Part shown: positions 35,897-44,669 of the stretch, in pieces
How positions within the stretch are numbered: the stretch's first letter is position 1
Layout of the letters: each line of letters opens with the position of its first letter
DNA from: an uncultured bacterium
Lineage (GTDB): Bacteria; Deinococcota; Deinococci; Deinococcales; Trueperaceae
Assembly: GCA_964550765.1 (NCBI GenBank)
Contig: CAZKAZ010000002.1
Location: 1-44,815, forward strand
Direction: 5' to 3'
DNA: 44,815 bases
Notes under the pieces: model-generated
What the model was told of the DNA's origin: nothing
The model's database searches: none
What the model saw: the letters and a program-made list of their open reading frames with translations, nothing else
Translations under genes and position numbers: made by a program

Positions 35897-37231
35897 ATGG
35901 AAGGTGTCACGATTGTAACGGGGATTGCGATTCTATTTGCGTTTGCAGTAGCGGCGTATTGGATCAGCCGCTATCGGCGTTGTCCGTCTAATCAGGTGCT
36001 CGTCGTCTATGGGCAAGTGGGCACAGGGAAAAGCGCCAAGGTGATTCACGGCGGTGGTGCGTTTGTGTGGCCGATTATCCAAAGTTTTGGCTATCTCAAC
36101 TTGGTGCCCATGACCATTGACATCAACCTCAAAAATGCCCTTTCTAAGCAAAACATTCGTGTGGATGTGCCAAGCCGTTTTACGGTGGCCATCAGCACCG
36201 ACGAACAGAGCATGATGAACGCCGCTGAAAGGCTTCTGGGTTTGCCGCGTCAAGAAATTGAAGACCTAGCTAAAGACATTATCTTTGGGCAGCTGCGGGC
36301 AACCATTGCCACCATGGACATCGAAGAAATCAACGCCGACCGCGAGCGCTTTGAAAAATCAGTGATGGACAACATCGAAACCGAACTGCGCAAAGTGGGC
36401 TTGAGCGTCATCAACGTCAACATCAGTGATATTAGTGATGATGGTGGCTATATTGAAGCCTTAGGGCAAAAAGCCAGCACCCAAGCGGTTAACCAAGCCA
36501 AAGTGGATTCTGCTGAAGCCACGAGGGCCGGTGAATCTGGCAGTGCCAAAGCTCGCCAACAACAGCGCGTAGCCGTGGCTGAAGCCGAAGCCCAAGCCCA
36601 ACTCGGTGAAAATACTTCTCAAGCCCGCATTGCTGATTCTGAAGCGCAACTTCGTGTGGCTGAAGCCGAAGCCCGTAAAGTGGCTACGGTGGCTGAACGC
36701 AGCCGTGCTGCTGAAGCCAGTATGGAAGCCTACCGTGCCGAACAAGCAGCTGAAGTGGAACGCGCCAAAGCCGAAGAAGCCAAACTATATGCCGAAAAAA
36801 TTGTCCCTAGTGAAATCGCTAAACAGCAAGCCCTGTTAGAAGCCGACGCCAAAGCTGAAAGCGAAAAACGCGCCGGTTTTGGTGAAGCAGAAAGACTGCG
36901 GGCGGTGCTCGAGGGACAAGCCCAAGGCCTTGCCAAAGTGGTCGAAGCCGCAGGTGGCGATGCAGCGGCTGCCGTGCAACTGCTCTATGTACAACAACTG
37001 CCTGAACTGATGAAAATCCAAACCGAAGCCCTTAAGCAGGTGCGTTTTGGTGACATCACCTTGATTGGTGGCGGCCAAGGTGAAAGCGGCATCGCCAACT
37101 TGCTCAAAGAACTCAGCACCGGCGTGGCAGGGGCAAGTGCCATTGGGCAGCAGTTGGGCGTGCCTTTTTTACAGCAGGTAAAACCTGATGCTGACACCGC
37201 CCAACACACGCAATTTCCCGTCAAAGACTAG
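35897..37231 (+). CDS. flotillin-family SPFH protein (FloT/YuaG-like)
   Basis: There is an N-terminal TM, an SPFH/band-7 domain and a long AEAEAQAQL EA-repeat coiled coil. SD AAGGAG is 5 nt upstream of ATG at 35897, and GTG at 35891 is less likely. Confidence 0.85.
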   Translation: MEGVTIVTGIAILFAFAVAAYWISRYRRCPSNQVLVVYGQVGTGKSAKVIHGGGAFVWPIIQSFGYLNLVPMTIDINLKNALSKQNIRVDVPSRFTVAISTDEQSMMNAAERLLGLPRQEIEDLAKDIIFGQLRATIATMDIEEINADRERFEKSVMDNIETELRKVGLSVINVNISDISDDGGYIEALGQKASTQAVNQAKVDSAEATRAGESGSAKARQQQRVAVAEAEAQAQLGENTSQARIADSEAQLRVAEAEARKVATVAERSRAAEASMEAYRAEQAAEVERAKAEEAKLYAEKIVPSEIAKQQALLEADAKAESEKRAGFGEAERLRAVLEGQAQGLAKVVEAAGGDAAAAVQLLYVQQLPELMKIQTEALKQVRFGDITLIGGGQGESGIANLLKELSTGVAGASAIGQQLGVPFLQQVKPDADTAQHTQFPVKD

Positions 37232-38022
37232 CGTTTGAGCAGTTCGACCTCGCTCGCAGGATATTCTTCGCTGCCGCCTTCTTCAAGATACAGTTCAACT
37301 TTTTGGGTGAGCGGGTGCACTTTGCTGATGCGCCCGCATTTGCCCGACTCGGTGTGACAGGCGCGTTTACCTTTTTTGGGTAAGTCTTTGAGCAGTTCTT
37401 TGTACATGTCGTGTTCATATTGCAAACAGCACATGAGCCGCCCACAAGGACCACTGATTTTTTGTGGGTTGAGAGGCAGTTGTTGGTCTCGAGCCATGCG
37501 AATAGTAGCACTGCCATAACTCTGTAGCCACGTCGAACTGCACGTGCCACTGCCGCACGCACCTAGTGCGCCAATCATCCGCGCTTGATCTCTGGGGCCT
37601 ACTTGCACGAACTCGATGCGGGCTTTGGTGTGCTGGCCAATATCGCGCAGTAGCGGCCGCATCGAGGTGTTTTTCTCGCTGCTGTAATTGACCACCAAGA
37701 CGCTTTCGTCTAAGGTGAATTCTAGCGCCACAATCTTAACTTCTGGCACTTTTTCCCTGGCTCTCGCCCGCACTAACCACTTGAGGTCATTGGCTTTATC
37801 GCGCAAACTCTGGTAGGTGCTCAAGTCTTCAGCAAAAGCTGCCCGCACCCAGTGACCGACAGGTTTGTCGATGTTTTTATGGTGCGTGCGTAGTGTCGCT
37901 ATCTCGAGGCCACGCCGCGTCGTTACTACACAGGGCGTATCAAGCTCCGGAATATCAGGGGGGGCTTCGACATAGTGAATCTTAGGGCCATTATCAAAAC
38001 GAATACCGACACATTCAGGCAT
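37228..38022 (-). CDS. PSP1 C-terminal domain protein (RicT/YaaT-like)
   Basis: 264 aa with the conserved PSP1 core and a Cys cluster (GALGACGSGTCSSTW…GPCGRLMCCL). Confidence 0.7.
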   Translation of the reverse strand: MPECVGIRFDNGPKIHYVEAPPDIPELDTPCVVTTRRGLEIATLRTHHKNIDKPVGHWVRAAFAEDLSTYQSLRDKANDLKWLVRARAREKVPEVKIVALEFTLDESVLVVNYSSEKNTSMRPLLRDIGQHTKARIEFVQVGPRDQARMIGALGACGSGTCSSTWLQSYGSATIRMARDQQLPLNPQKISGPCGRLMCCLQYEHDMYKELLKDLPKKGKRACHTESGKCGRISKVHPLTQKVELYLEEGGSEEYPASEVELLKR

Positions 38023-38284
38023 AATTCCCGCCCAACCAAAAACACGCTAGCGGCTGCCAGCGACCAATATTGATATCAAACACCTTCTCAGCATAACAAA
38101 CGCTTGTTAGTAGGGGTGTTTCAAGGTTCATGTGTCAGGCGATATGTGAAATTACGTCAGCAAACAATGACTATGACTGTAAACAATGACTGTGTAACTG
38201 CGTTGTGATGAAAAATGTAAAGTATCATGCTATGAACATAACCGCAGATGCATCTCAATCAAGTCGTACGGTTCGTCCTACGGT

Positions 38285-38566
38285 TTACGACGTTAACGTA
38301 TTGATGGTTTCAGCCAGTTTGAAATCCAAGTCGCTGATGCCGTCTACGTCGTGGGTGACGAGTTCTATGGTGACGTTGTTGTAGACGTTATACAACTCGG
38401 GGTGGTGATTCATCTTTTCAGCGTGAATGGCTACTTGGGTGAGAAAGCCAAAGGCTTCAACGAAATTACCGAACTTGAAGTCGCGGCGCAATTTACCGTT
38501 TTGCACTTGCCAAGGGCTGTTCTCGAGGGCACGGTTGATTTCTTGTTCGCTGAGTTTTTGGGGCAT
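38285..38566 (-). CDS. pterin-4-alpha-carbinolamine dehydratase
   Basis: 93 aa from MPQKLSEQE with SD GGAGA 7 nt upstream. It carries the signature EKMNHHPE ([EDKH]-x-x-[DN]-H-H-P). Confidence 0.85.
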   Translation of the reverse strand: MPQKLSEQEINRALENSPWQVQNGKLRRDFKFGNFVEAFGFLTQVAIHAEKMNHHPELYNVYNNVTIELVTHDVDGISDLDFKLAETINTLTS

Positions 38567-38737
38567 GGGTTGTCTCCAATCATTCACTGGTGTGTCACGA
38601 ATACATCACGCGTTGTTGATGTGGTTGTAACACGTGCTGCGGTGATGAAACGCTGGGCTATCTCGCAATGCCTTTGGGCAAGTCTTAACCTTGTGACGGT
38701 TTACAGTCGTGGCTTGGTTAGGGTACAAATTAAGGTT

Positions 38738-39514
38738 ATGCAACCAAAAATTCGCGCTCACGAGGTTGGCAAAACCTTTGAAACGACCAGCGGCATGATT
38801 ACGGCGCTCGAGAAGCTATCATTAGATATTGGCGAAGGTGAATTTGTCTGCATTGTGGGGCCTTCGGGCTGCGGCAAGTCAACCTTTTTGCGCATGCTCG
38901 CTGGCCTTAGTGAGGTGTCTTCGGGTACGCTCACCATCGACCATGACGTAAGTAGCGACAAACCCCTTACCAGCGTGGTGTTTCAGGAATACGCTATCTT
39001 TCCATGGAAGACGGTTTTGCATAACGTGGCGTTTGGCTTAGAGATGCGCGGCGTCAACAAGAAAACCCGCTTAGAAACAGCACGGGTGTGGCTCGAGCGC
39101 GTCGGTCTTAGCAAGTTTGCTAACAACTACCCTCGGCAACTCTCTGGTGGCATGAAACAACGCGTGGCCATTGCCCGGGCGCTCGCCAATGACCCGGATG
39201 TGCTGCTCATGGACGAACCCTTAGGCGCACTCGACGCGCAGACCAAAGCCGTCTTACAAGAAGAACTGCTGCGCTTGTGGGAAGCCAATCGTAAAACCGT
39301 TGTGTATATCACCCACAGCATCGACGAAGCCATCTTACTCGGTGATCGCGTGGTAGTGATGACAGCGCATCCGGGTACGCTCAAGACCATTTTTGAGGTG
39401 GATATTCCCCGCCCCAGAAACTTAGATACCAGCCGCAGTCAGGCGTTTAATGAACTGGCTCGAGCCGTTTGGGACGCCCTCGAAGACGAAGTGTACAAAG
39501 CGAGAGCCGCATGA
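38738..39514 (+). CDS. ABC transporter ATP-binding protein, NitT/TauT (SsuB/TauB/ThiZ-like) family
   Basis: 258 aa from MQPKIRAHEVGKTF. Motifs are GPSGCGKST, LSGGMKQRVAIARAL and LLMDEPLGALD. The track ORF from 38351 is a 5' over-extension that overlaps the pterin dehydratase gene on the opposite strand. Confidence 0.85.
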   Translation: MQPKIRAHEVGKTFETTSGMITALEKLSLDIGEGEFVCIVGPSGCGKSTFLRMLAGLSEVSSGTLTIDHDVSSDKPLTSVVFQEYAIFPWKTVLHNVAFGLEMRGVNKKTRLETARVWLERVGLSKFANNYPRQLSGGMKQRVAIARALANDPDVLLMDEPLGALDAQTKAVLQEELLRLWEANRKTVVYITHSIDEAILLGDRVVVMTAHPGTLKTIFEVDIPRPRNLDTSRSQAFNELARAVWDALEDEVYKARAA

Positions 39515-40557
39515 TTGGTACAGCCAAAACCGCAAACTTCAAACGTCACAACATGACGCTGCTGGTGTGGTTGGTAGCGGCTGTGGTCGTCAACGTTGGG
39601 GCGGGTTTGGTTGGGTGGTGGCACACTTATTGGTGGGCGTTCATCACGGCCAATTTTGTGTTGTTGGTAGTCATTGCCGATCGCACCCAAAAGCGGTTAC
39701 ATCCAGCGCAACGGGTGCAGTTTGAAAAGCTGTTAGCGTGGGGGTTTCCGGCGCTACTACTGCTGAGCGCAGAGATTATCGTGCGAGCGGGCGTGTTGAG
39801 TGCCACGTGGTTTCCACCACCGAGCCGGGTGGCTATGGCGTTATGGGACTTAACGGTCAACTACGACCGTTTCAACGAAACCAGCTTGCTGGGGCGTCCT
39901 TGGTTGATTGGGCAGATGCTACAAAGCCAAGGCTGGCCGGGTGTGGTGAGTTTGTTTCGGGAAAGTCACGTGTGGGCAACGCTGACGCGGGTGTTTGTTG
40001 GCTTTGCCATCGGCATGATGCCCGGGCTACTCATTGGCATCATCATGGGGCTTAACAAGACCGTGCGCAGCATGTTAGATGGCACGCTCTCGGCGCTTTA
40101 TGTGCTCCCTAAAATCGCCATTTTTCCACTGCTTATGTTGATGTTTCCCGATCCTTTTGGCGAAGGTCCCAAAGTGGCAGTTGTGGCCATCTCGGCGTTT
40201 TTCTTGGTGGCCATCAGCACCGCAGCGGGCGTGCGCGACATCGACAAAGTGTACTTAGAAGCTGCTCACAATTTTGGCGCACGGGGGTTTAAACTCTTTT
40301 GGCATGTGATTATTCCAGCGGCGCTGCCAATTATCTTTGCGGGTTTGCGGCTCGCCCTTGGTACGGCGCTCATTGTCATTGTGGCCGTGGAATTTATTCG
40401 GGCGCAAGTAGGCGTGGGCTTTGTGATTTATTATCACTGGCAGATTCTCGCCGTTGACAAGATGTACGCCGGACTCATCACCGTGATGGCATTAGGGGCG
40501 CTACTGACGTATGGTTTGCAGTGGTTGGAACGCAAAGTGATGCCGTGGGAGGAATAG
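39511..40557 (+). CDS. ABC transporter permease, NitT/TauT (SsuC-like) family
   Basis: Its ATG overlaps the ATPase stop (ATGA). The protein has six TM helices and an EAA-like loop. Confidence 0.8.
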   Translation: MIGTAKTANFKRHNMTLLVWLVAAVVVNVGAGLVGWWHTYWWAFITANFVLLVVIADRTQKRLHPAQRVQFEKLLAWGFPALLLLSAEIIVRAGVLSATWFPPPSRVAMALWDLTVNYDRFNETSLLGRPWLIGQMLQSQGWPGVVSLFRESHVWATLTRVFVGFAIGMMPGLLIGIIMGLNKTVRSMLDGTLSALYVLPKIAIFPLLMLMFPDPFGEGPKVAVVAISAFFLVAISTAAGVRDIDKVYLEAAHNFGARGFKLFWHVIIPAALPIIFAGLRLALGTALIVIVAVEFIRAQVGVGFVIYYHWQILAVDKMYAGLITVMALGALLTYGLQWLERKVMPWEE

Positions 40558-40596
40558 ACGCAGCTAGCAGTCAAGGTCTAGGGTAAGCATTTCTGA

Positions 40597-40655
40597 TAAA
40601 AAAAGCAGGCTAACGGTATTACAACCGCGTTAGCCTGCTCGCTGTTTATTTCATG
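40597..40655. terminator. Bidirectional intrinsic terminator: perfect 11-bp stem AGCAGGCTAACG…CGTTAGCCTGC flanked by A7 upstream and T-rich downstream
   Basis: It lies between the convergent permease (+, ends 40557) and SDR (-, ends 40730) genes. Confidence 0.65.
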
Positions 40656-40729
40656 GGTGTTGTTGTGTGCTTGAGGCGTGTTGATAGTTCGAGCCATACA
40701 TGTTTTGGCTCGAGGTGTATCTGTGGCGC

Positions 40730-41359
40730 TCAGTCGACTTTGAGTTCTTCAGCGGGGTCTTGCTCGAGATTATTGGTGATTGCGCTAGCCACATCAACAG
40801 GGGAGAGGGCGTCACCAGGGGGTGTGCCGACGTTTTGCCAGAAGTCTGTGTTGACCGCTCTAGGTAGTACCAACGTCAAACTGGCTTTGCGTTTCATTTC
40901 AATGGCGGCTACTTTGACCAGTTGCGCGACGCCTGCTTTGGCAGCAGCGTATGCCCCAAAACTGCGATAGGTAATCAGTTCTGGCCGCGCCCCTAACACA
41001 TAGATGCGCGACTGCTTATTGAGGTTGGCATCAGCGTGTTTGAGGGTGTAAAAAAGCCCCGTCAGGTTGGCGTCCATGACCCGCTGCCAGTGGTCGTTAC
41101 TGGCAATTTTGAGGGGTTCGGGTTGAATGTCGCCCGCACTATAGATGACTAAATCGAGTTTGGGAAGGTCTTCGAAGAGGGCTTGGACTTCCAGTTCACT
41201 GCTTACATCTGTGGGAATGGCTCTACCGCCACTTTTATCAGCGACGGTTTTGAGTTTGCTGCCGTCCCGTCCTACCAGAAACAGGTCATATTTGTCTTTG
41301 AGTTGATTGGCAAGGGCGCTACCGATACCGCCACTTGCACCGATGATTAATGCATTCAT
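40730..41359 (-). CDS. SDR-family oxidoreductase
   Basis: It has the N-terminal Rossmann motif IIGASGGIGSAL and a catalytic YAAAK. Confidence 0.85.
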   Translation of the reverse strand: MNALIIGASGGIGSALANQLKDKYDLFLVGRDGSKLKTVADKSGGRAIPTDVSSELEVQALFEDLPKLDLVIYSAGDIQPEPLKIASNDHWQRVMDANLTGLFYTLKHADANLNKQSRIYVLGARPELITYRSFGAYAAAKAGVAQLVKVAAIEMKRKASLTLVLPRAVNTDFWQNVGTPPGDALSPVDVASAITNNLEQDPAEELKVD

Positions 41360-41425
41360 ATTTTGTGACCATATCGACTGGGGTGTTTGCTTGCCGTAAT
41401 GCAGCCTTGAATTGTCCCCTCATGG

Positions 41426-41452
41426 CTTGACAATTGTCCTCACCGTTTGTCA
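41426..41452. promoter_or_regulatory. Inverted repeat TTGACAA-N13-TTGTCAA overlapping direct repeat AATTGTCC(C)CTCA x2 in divergent SDR/TPR promoter region
   Basis: Read from the sequence at 41408-41452. The geometry is operator-like and overlaps a -35-like TTGACA. Confidence 0.35.
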
Positions 41453-41685
41453 ATGAACCCGATTTCGCACGCGGCTGCACACCCAACGTGTCTGCTTGTT
41501 GCAAGATGCTTGGCAGTGTTGCTGTGATGATGTTGCAATGACATCAGAGAGCTGCTGAGATGCTGCCGAGACGTTGCTGAGCGTTACAAAGAGACGTCAT
41601 GGGGGCGGTAGGGTGGTCGATAACGTGCGGTGAACGTTGGCCAGTTGAATCCTGACTGGCTTACTTGGGTTAGGCTAGAACAAGC

Positions 41686-42678
41686 ATGACGTATCACGCT
41701 AGTGACATGACTGCCCTCGAGGCATTACACCCCAGTTGGCAAGAAGACGTGCACGCACACGCTCGAGCGCAGCTACATACCTATGTGCAAACGTGGCTCG
41801 AGCAGCCTCAGCTGGAACGGGCCGAGGTGCTGCTGAGTAAAACATGGCAACTAGGCGCGCTCGACGCTTGTGTGCAGGTGTGTGATGTGGTGTTGTTACA
41901 CACGCCCAAAGCGAGCGTGACGATTCGCAAAGGGGCGTGTTTGATACGTCTGGGGCGCTTAGCAGACGCGATGACCTTACTGCACACTGCACCAGAACTG
42001 CACACTGTACCAGATAATGAATTGCAGGGTTATGCGCTGTTGCAACTCGGCAATGCCCTGCGTTATCAAGGCGCTAATGAAGCACAACAACAGGCTCGAG
42101 CTACCCTCACTGAGGCGCTCGAGCAAGCCGAAACGCAGCGCGATGGCGGTTTGGTGATTGCTGTGCGCACCGCACTCGGTGAGTTGGCGCTCGAGCAAGG
42201 TCACTTAGAAACAGCCATTGAAATGCTCGGCAAAGCCCTAGGACTGACCGAATTTTTTAGCGACAAACGTTTGACGATAGCTCCCTTAGGCGCACTAGCA
42301 CACGCGCATGTCTTGTGGAAAAACCCCAGTAAAGCGTTTGACCTAGCTGAACGCGCTGTTAATAGAGCACAAGATTCCGTTGACCGAGTGGGTACAGCGC
42401 GGGCAAAATTCGCCAGTGCACTGGCTGCGGGGTTGCGTGAGCCGCGTCAACAACAAACGGCCTACACCTTGGCTGAGGCGTTGCAAGCAGCACAACACGC
42501 CCCCCATGTGCCGCTAGCGTTGCGCATTGCCGTAGCCGAGGTCAGCCAGCGTGCCCATGATTCCCGTCAGGGAGTATTGTTAGACGAGTTGCAGGGGTGG
42601 CTCGAGCAGGCGACGACCCTCAACATGCAGCCCGAAATGGCACAACTCACCCGTCTTATGACGCAACGTGATGCCTAA
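41686..42678 (+). CDS. hypothetical alpha-helical repeat (TPR-like) protein
   Basis: 330 aa, Ala/Leu/Gln-rich, with helical-repeat character (…ALLQLGNALRYQG…, …ELALEQGHLETAIEMLGKAL…). No specific family was recognised. Confidence 0.5.
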   Translation: MTYHASDMTALEALHPSWQEDVHAHARAQLHTYVQTWLEQPQLERAEVLLSKTWQLGALDACVQVCDVVLLHTPKASVTIRKGACLIRLGRLADAMTLLHTAPELHTVPDNELQGYALLQLGNALRYQGANEAQQQARATLTEALEQAETQRDGGLVIAVRTALGELALEQGHLETAIEMLGKALGLTEFFSDKRLTIAPLGALAHAHVLWKNPSKAFDLAERAVNRAQDSVDRVGTARAKFASALAAGLREPRQQQTAYTLAEALQAAQHAPHVPLALRIAVAEVSQRAHDSRQGVLLDELQGWLEQATTLNMQPEMAQLTRLMTQRDA

Positions 42679-42829
42679 AAACGGTTAAGCGCGAGTCGGT
42701 GGCTGCTGCGTCTATTCGCATCGTGTAAAATTGTCATTATGCGTTGTTGTTGCCATCACATCTTGAGGTTCGTTGGGCGTTGGGATATGAATAAAAGTGT
42801 GTTGAGCGTCGGGTTGAGGTTAACAGTAC

Positions 42830-43996
42830 ATGGCTAGTGACCCGGTGTCTGATGATAGAGGCATTCTCGTCAGCACCTTACAACTGCTGCGCACGCCGGG
42901 TTTGGGTGCTCGCAGAATCAAGCTGTTGTGTGACCACTTTGGCAATGCTACACGGGTGCAAGAAGCGGATGCGGTGGCGCTCGAGGGCGTCGAAGGCATG
43001 GGAAAAACACGCATTGACGCGCTACTCGCTACCCGTGAAGATGACGATGTACTGTCGTGGATTGAAAAGATGTGTGAACGTGCCGATGCTCAACGCGTGC
43101 GCATGTTGGCCAGTGGTCATGAAGATTATCCGACCTGTTTACAGCAGATTTTTGACCCACCGCCTGTACTGTATGTGCGTGGAAACGTGCCTGAAACCGT
43201 GCAGGGTGGCTTGGAAACCAACCGCGCTCTAGCCATTGTCGGCACGCGAGATGCCAGCGACTATGGGCGCGATATCAGCCATCATCTTGCGGAATCCCTC
43301 ACTGAAGCAGACGTCAGTGTTATTTCGGGGTTGGCGCTCGGTATTGATGGGGCTGCCCATCAGGGGGCGGTGCGGGCGCTGCGATCAGGTAAGCGCAACG
43401 CGGCAACGGTGGCTGTGTTGGGGTGCGGGGTGGACGTGATTTATCCTCACAAACACGAACGCTTGAGTCGTGACATTCTCGAGACAGGTGGGGCTATTGT
43501 CAGCGAATACCCCTTGGGCACGCGGCCAGACCGCAAACATTTTCCTGGGCGCAACCGCATCATCAACGGCCTCAGTTCCGGCACGTTGGTCGTCGAAGCC
43601 GATGTCAAGTCAGGTGCACTCATTACCGCTGAATATGCTGCCCAAGAAGGTCGCACGGTGTTTGCTATTCCTGGGCGCATCGGTGACAAACGTTCAGCAG
43701 GGACGCTCGAGCTCATCAAACAAGGTGCTCTGCTCGTAACTGCTGCTCAAGACATTTTAGATGCTTTTCATTGGCACGCCGCCCAGCAAGCCAGTTTGTT
43801 TGCCGCGCCCGAACTGCCCGAAAACGAACAGCGTTTACTCACCGTCATTCAAGATAAGGGCGAACCCCTCCTTGATGACCTGATGAGCGCAACGGGTATG
43901 CCCGCGCACGAACTGTTGCCGCTACTGACGCTACTCGAGCTTAAAGGAATCGTACGCACCCTAGCGACTGGGCGTTATGCTGCCGTGCGACATTGA
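42830..43996 (+). CDS. dprA: DNA-processing protein DprA (Smf)
   Basis: It shows the DprA Rossmann-like core (LAIVGTRDASDYGRDISHHLAESL…VISGLALGIDGAAHQGAV…VAVLGCGVDVIYPHKHERL) and a C-terminal winged-helix-like tail. Confidence 0.85.
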   Translation: MASDPVSDDRGILVSTLQLLRTPGLGARRIKLLCDHFGNATRVQEADAVALEGVEGMGKTRIDALLATREDDDVLSWIEKMCERADAQRVRMLASGHEDYPTCLQQIFDPPPVLYVRGNVPETVQGGLETNRALAIVGTRDASDYGRDISHHLAESLTEADVSVISGLALGIDGAAHQGAVRALRSGKRNAATVAVLGCGVDVIYPHKHERLSRDILETGGAIVSEYPLGTRPDRKHFPGRNRIINGLSSGTLVVEADVKSGALITAEYAAQEGRTVFAIPGRIGDKRSAGTLELIKQGALLVTAAQDILDAFHWHAAQQASLFAAPELPENEQRLLTVIQDKGEPLLDDLMSATGMPAHELLPLLTLLELKGIVRTLATGRYAAVRH

Positions 43997-44022
43997 CGCA
44001 GGTATTGACCCGGATTGGCACA

Positions 44023-44050
44023 AAAAAGAGGCTCGAGTGCTCGAGCCTCC
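44023..44050 (-). terminator. Intrinsic terminator for the ferredoxin gene: stem GAGGCTCGAG / CTCGAGCCTC (two CTCGAG copies) with A6 on plus strand = U6 on minus
   Basis: A perfect 10-nt inverted repeat with a 2-nt spacer. It lies between convergent dprA and the ferredoxin gene. Confidence 0.55.
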
Positions 44051-44095
44051 CAACAATGTGTTGGTTATTGCCAACGTGCTTACAAGCCAACGTGC

Positions 44096-44332
44096 TTACA
44101 AGCCAGAGAGTTCGTAGTTTTTCTTGATGAAAGAATGCCACTCTTCGGGCACGTCTTCTTCAGGAAAAATGGCGCTTACCGGGCACGCGGGCACGCAAGC
44201 ACCGCAGTCAATACACTCATCAGGATGAATGTACAGTTGGTCGTCGGCTTCATAGATGCACTCAACGGGACAGACGTCCACGCAGGATTTGTCTTGGGTG
44301 CCGATGCAAGGTTCGGCGATGATGTGTGGCAT
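44096..44332 (-). CDS. 7Fe-type ferredoxin (FdxA-like)
   Basis: 78 aa from MPHIIAEPCIGTQDKSCVDVCPVECIY…CIDCGACVPACPV. SD GGGAGG lies upstream. The track ORF running to 44437 is a 5' over-extension. Confidence 0.85.
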   Translation of the reverse strand: MPHIIAEPCIGTQDKSCVDVCPVECIYEADDQLYIHPDECIDCGACVPACPVSAIFPEEDVPEEWHSFIKKNYELSGL

Positions 44333-44669
44333 GAGTACCTCCCAAACTAGGCTCAAACGAGCGTACGTGAAGTTGATGCGCGCAGCAAGTGACGTTTGCC
44401 CCTTGACGCTACCGTGATGCAAGCTCACAAAACGCATGGTGTTGTGGTTAATGTGCAGTGATTCGCGTGCTGTGGTTAGCGTGGCGCACCTTCTCTATCT
44501 AGCATGGCTGTGCTCAACACGATAAGCAAGGTGTTAGGCTACGATAGTTGAAACACGCACTGACGAGACGAAAACGTCATACAACCAGCGTATGGATGTT
44601 ACGCATTGTGGTGGCTGGTTGTTTTGGGGGCATGTAAACTTAAATAAAGCCAATTTTTGGAGGCATCGC

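Noticed and set aside
38351-38737. 5' part of the 387-aa plus-strand ORF preceding the ABC ATPase
   Set aside because: It has no ABC homology before MQPKIRAHEVGKTF and overlaps the well-supported pterin dehydratase gene on the opposite strand. The real start is ATG 38738.
38567-38737. Possible TPP riboswitch upstream of the NitT/TauT ABC genes
   Set aside because: There is a loose resemblance in one segment (AACCTTGTGACGGTTTACAG vs ACCUGAUCUGGAUAAUGCCAGCG), but the CUGAGA core and P3 pairing are absent.
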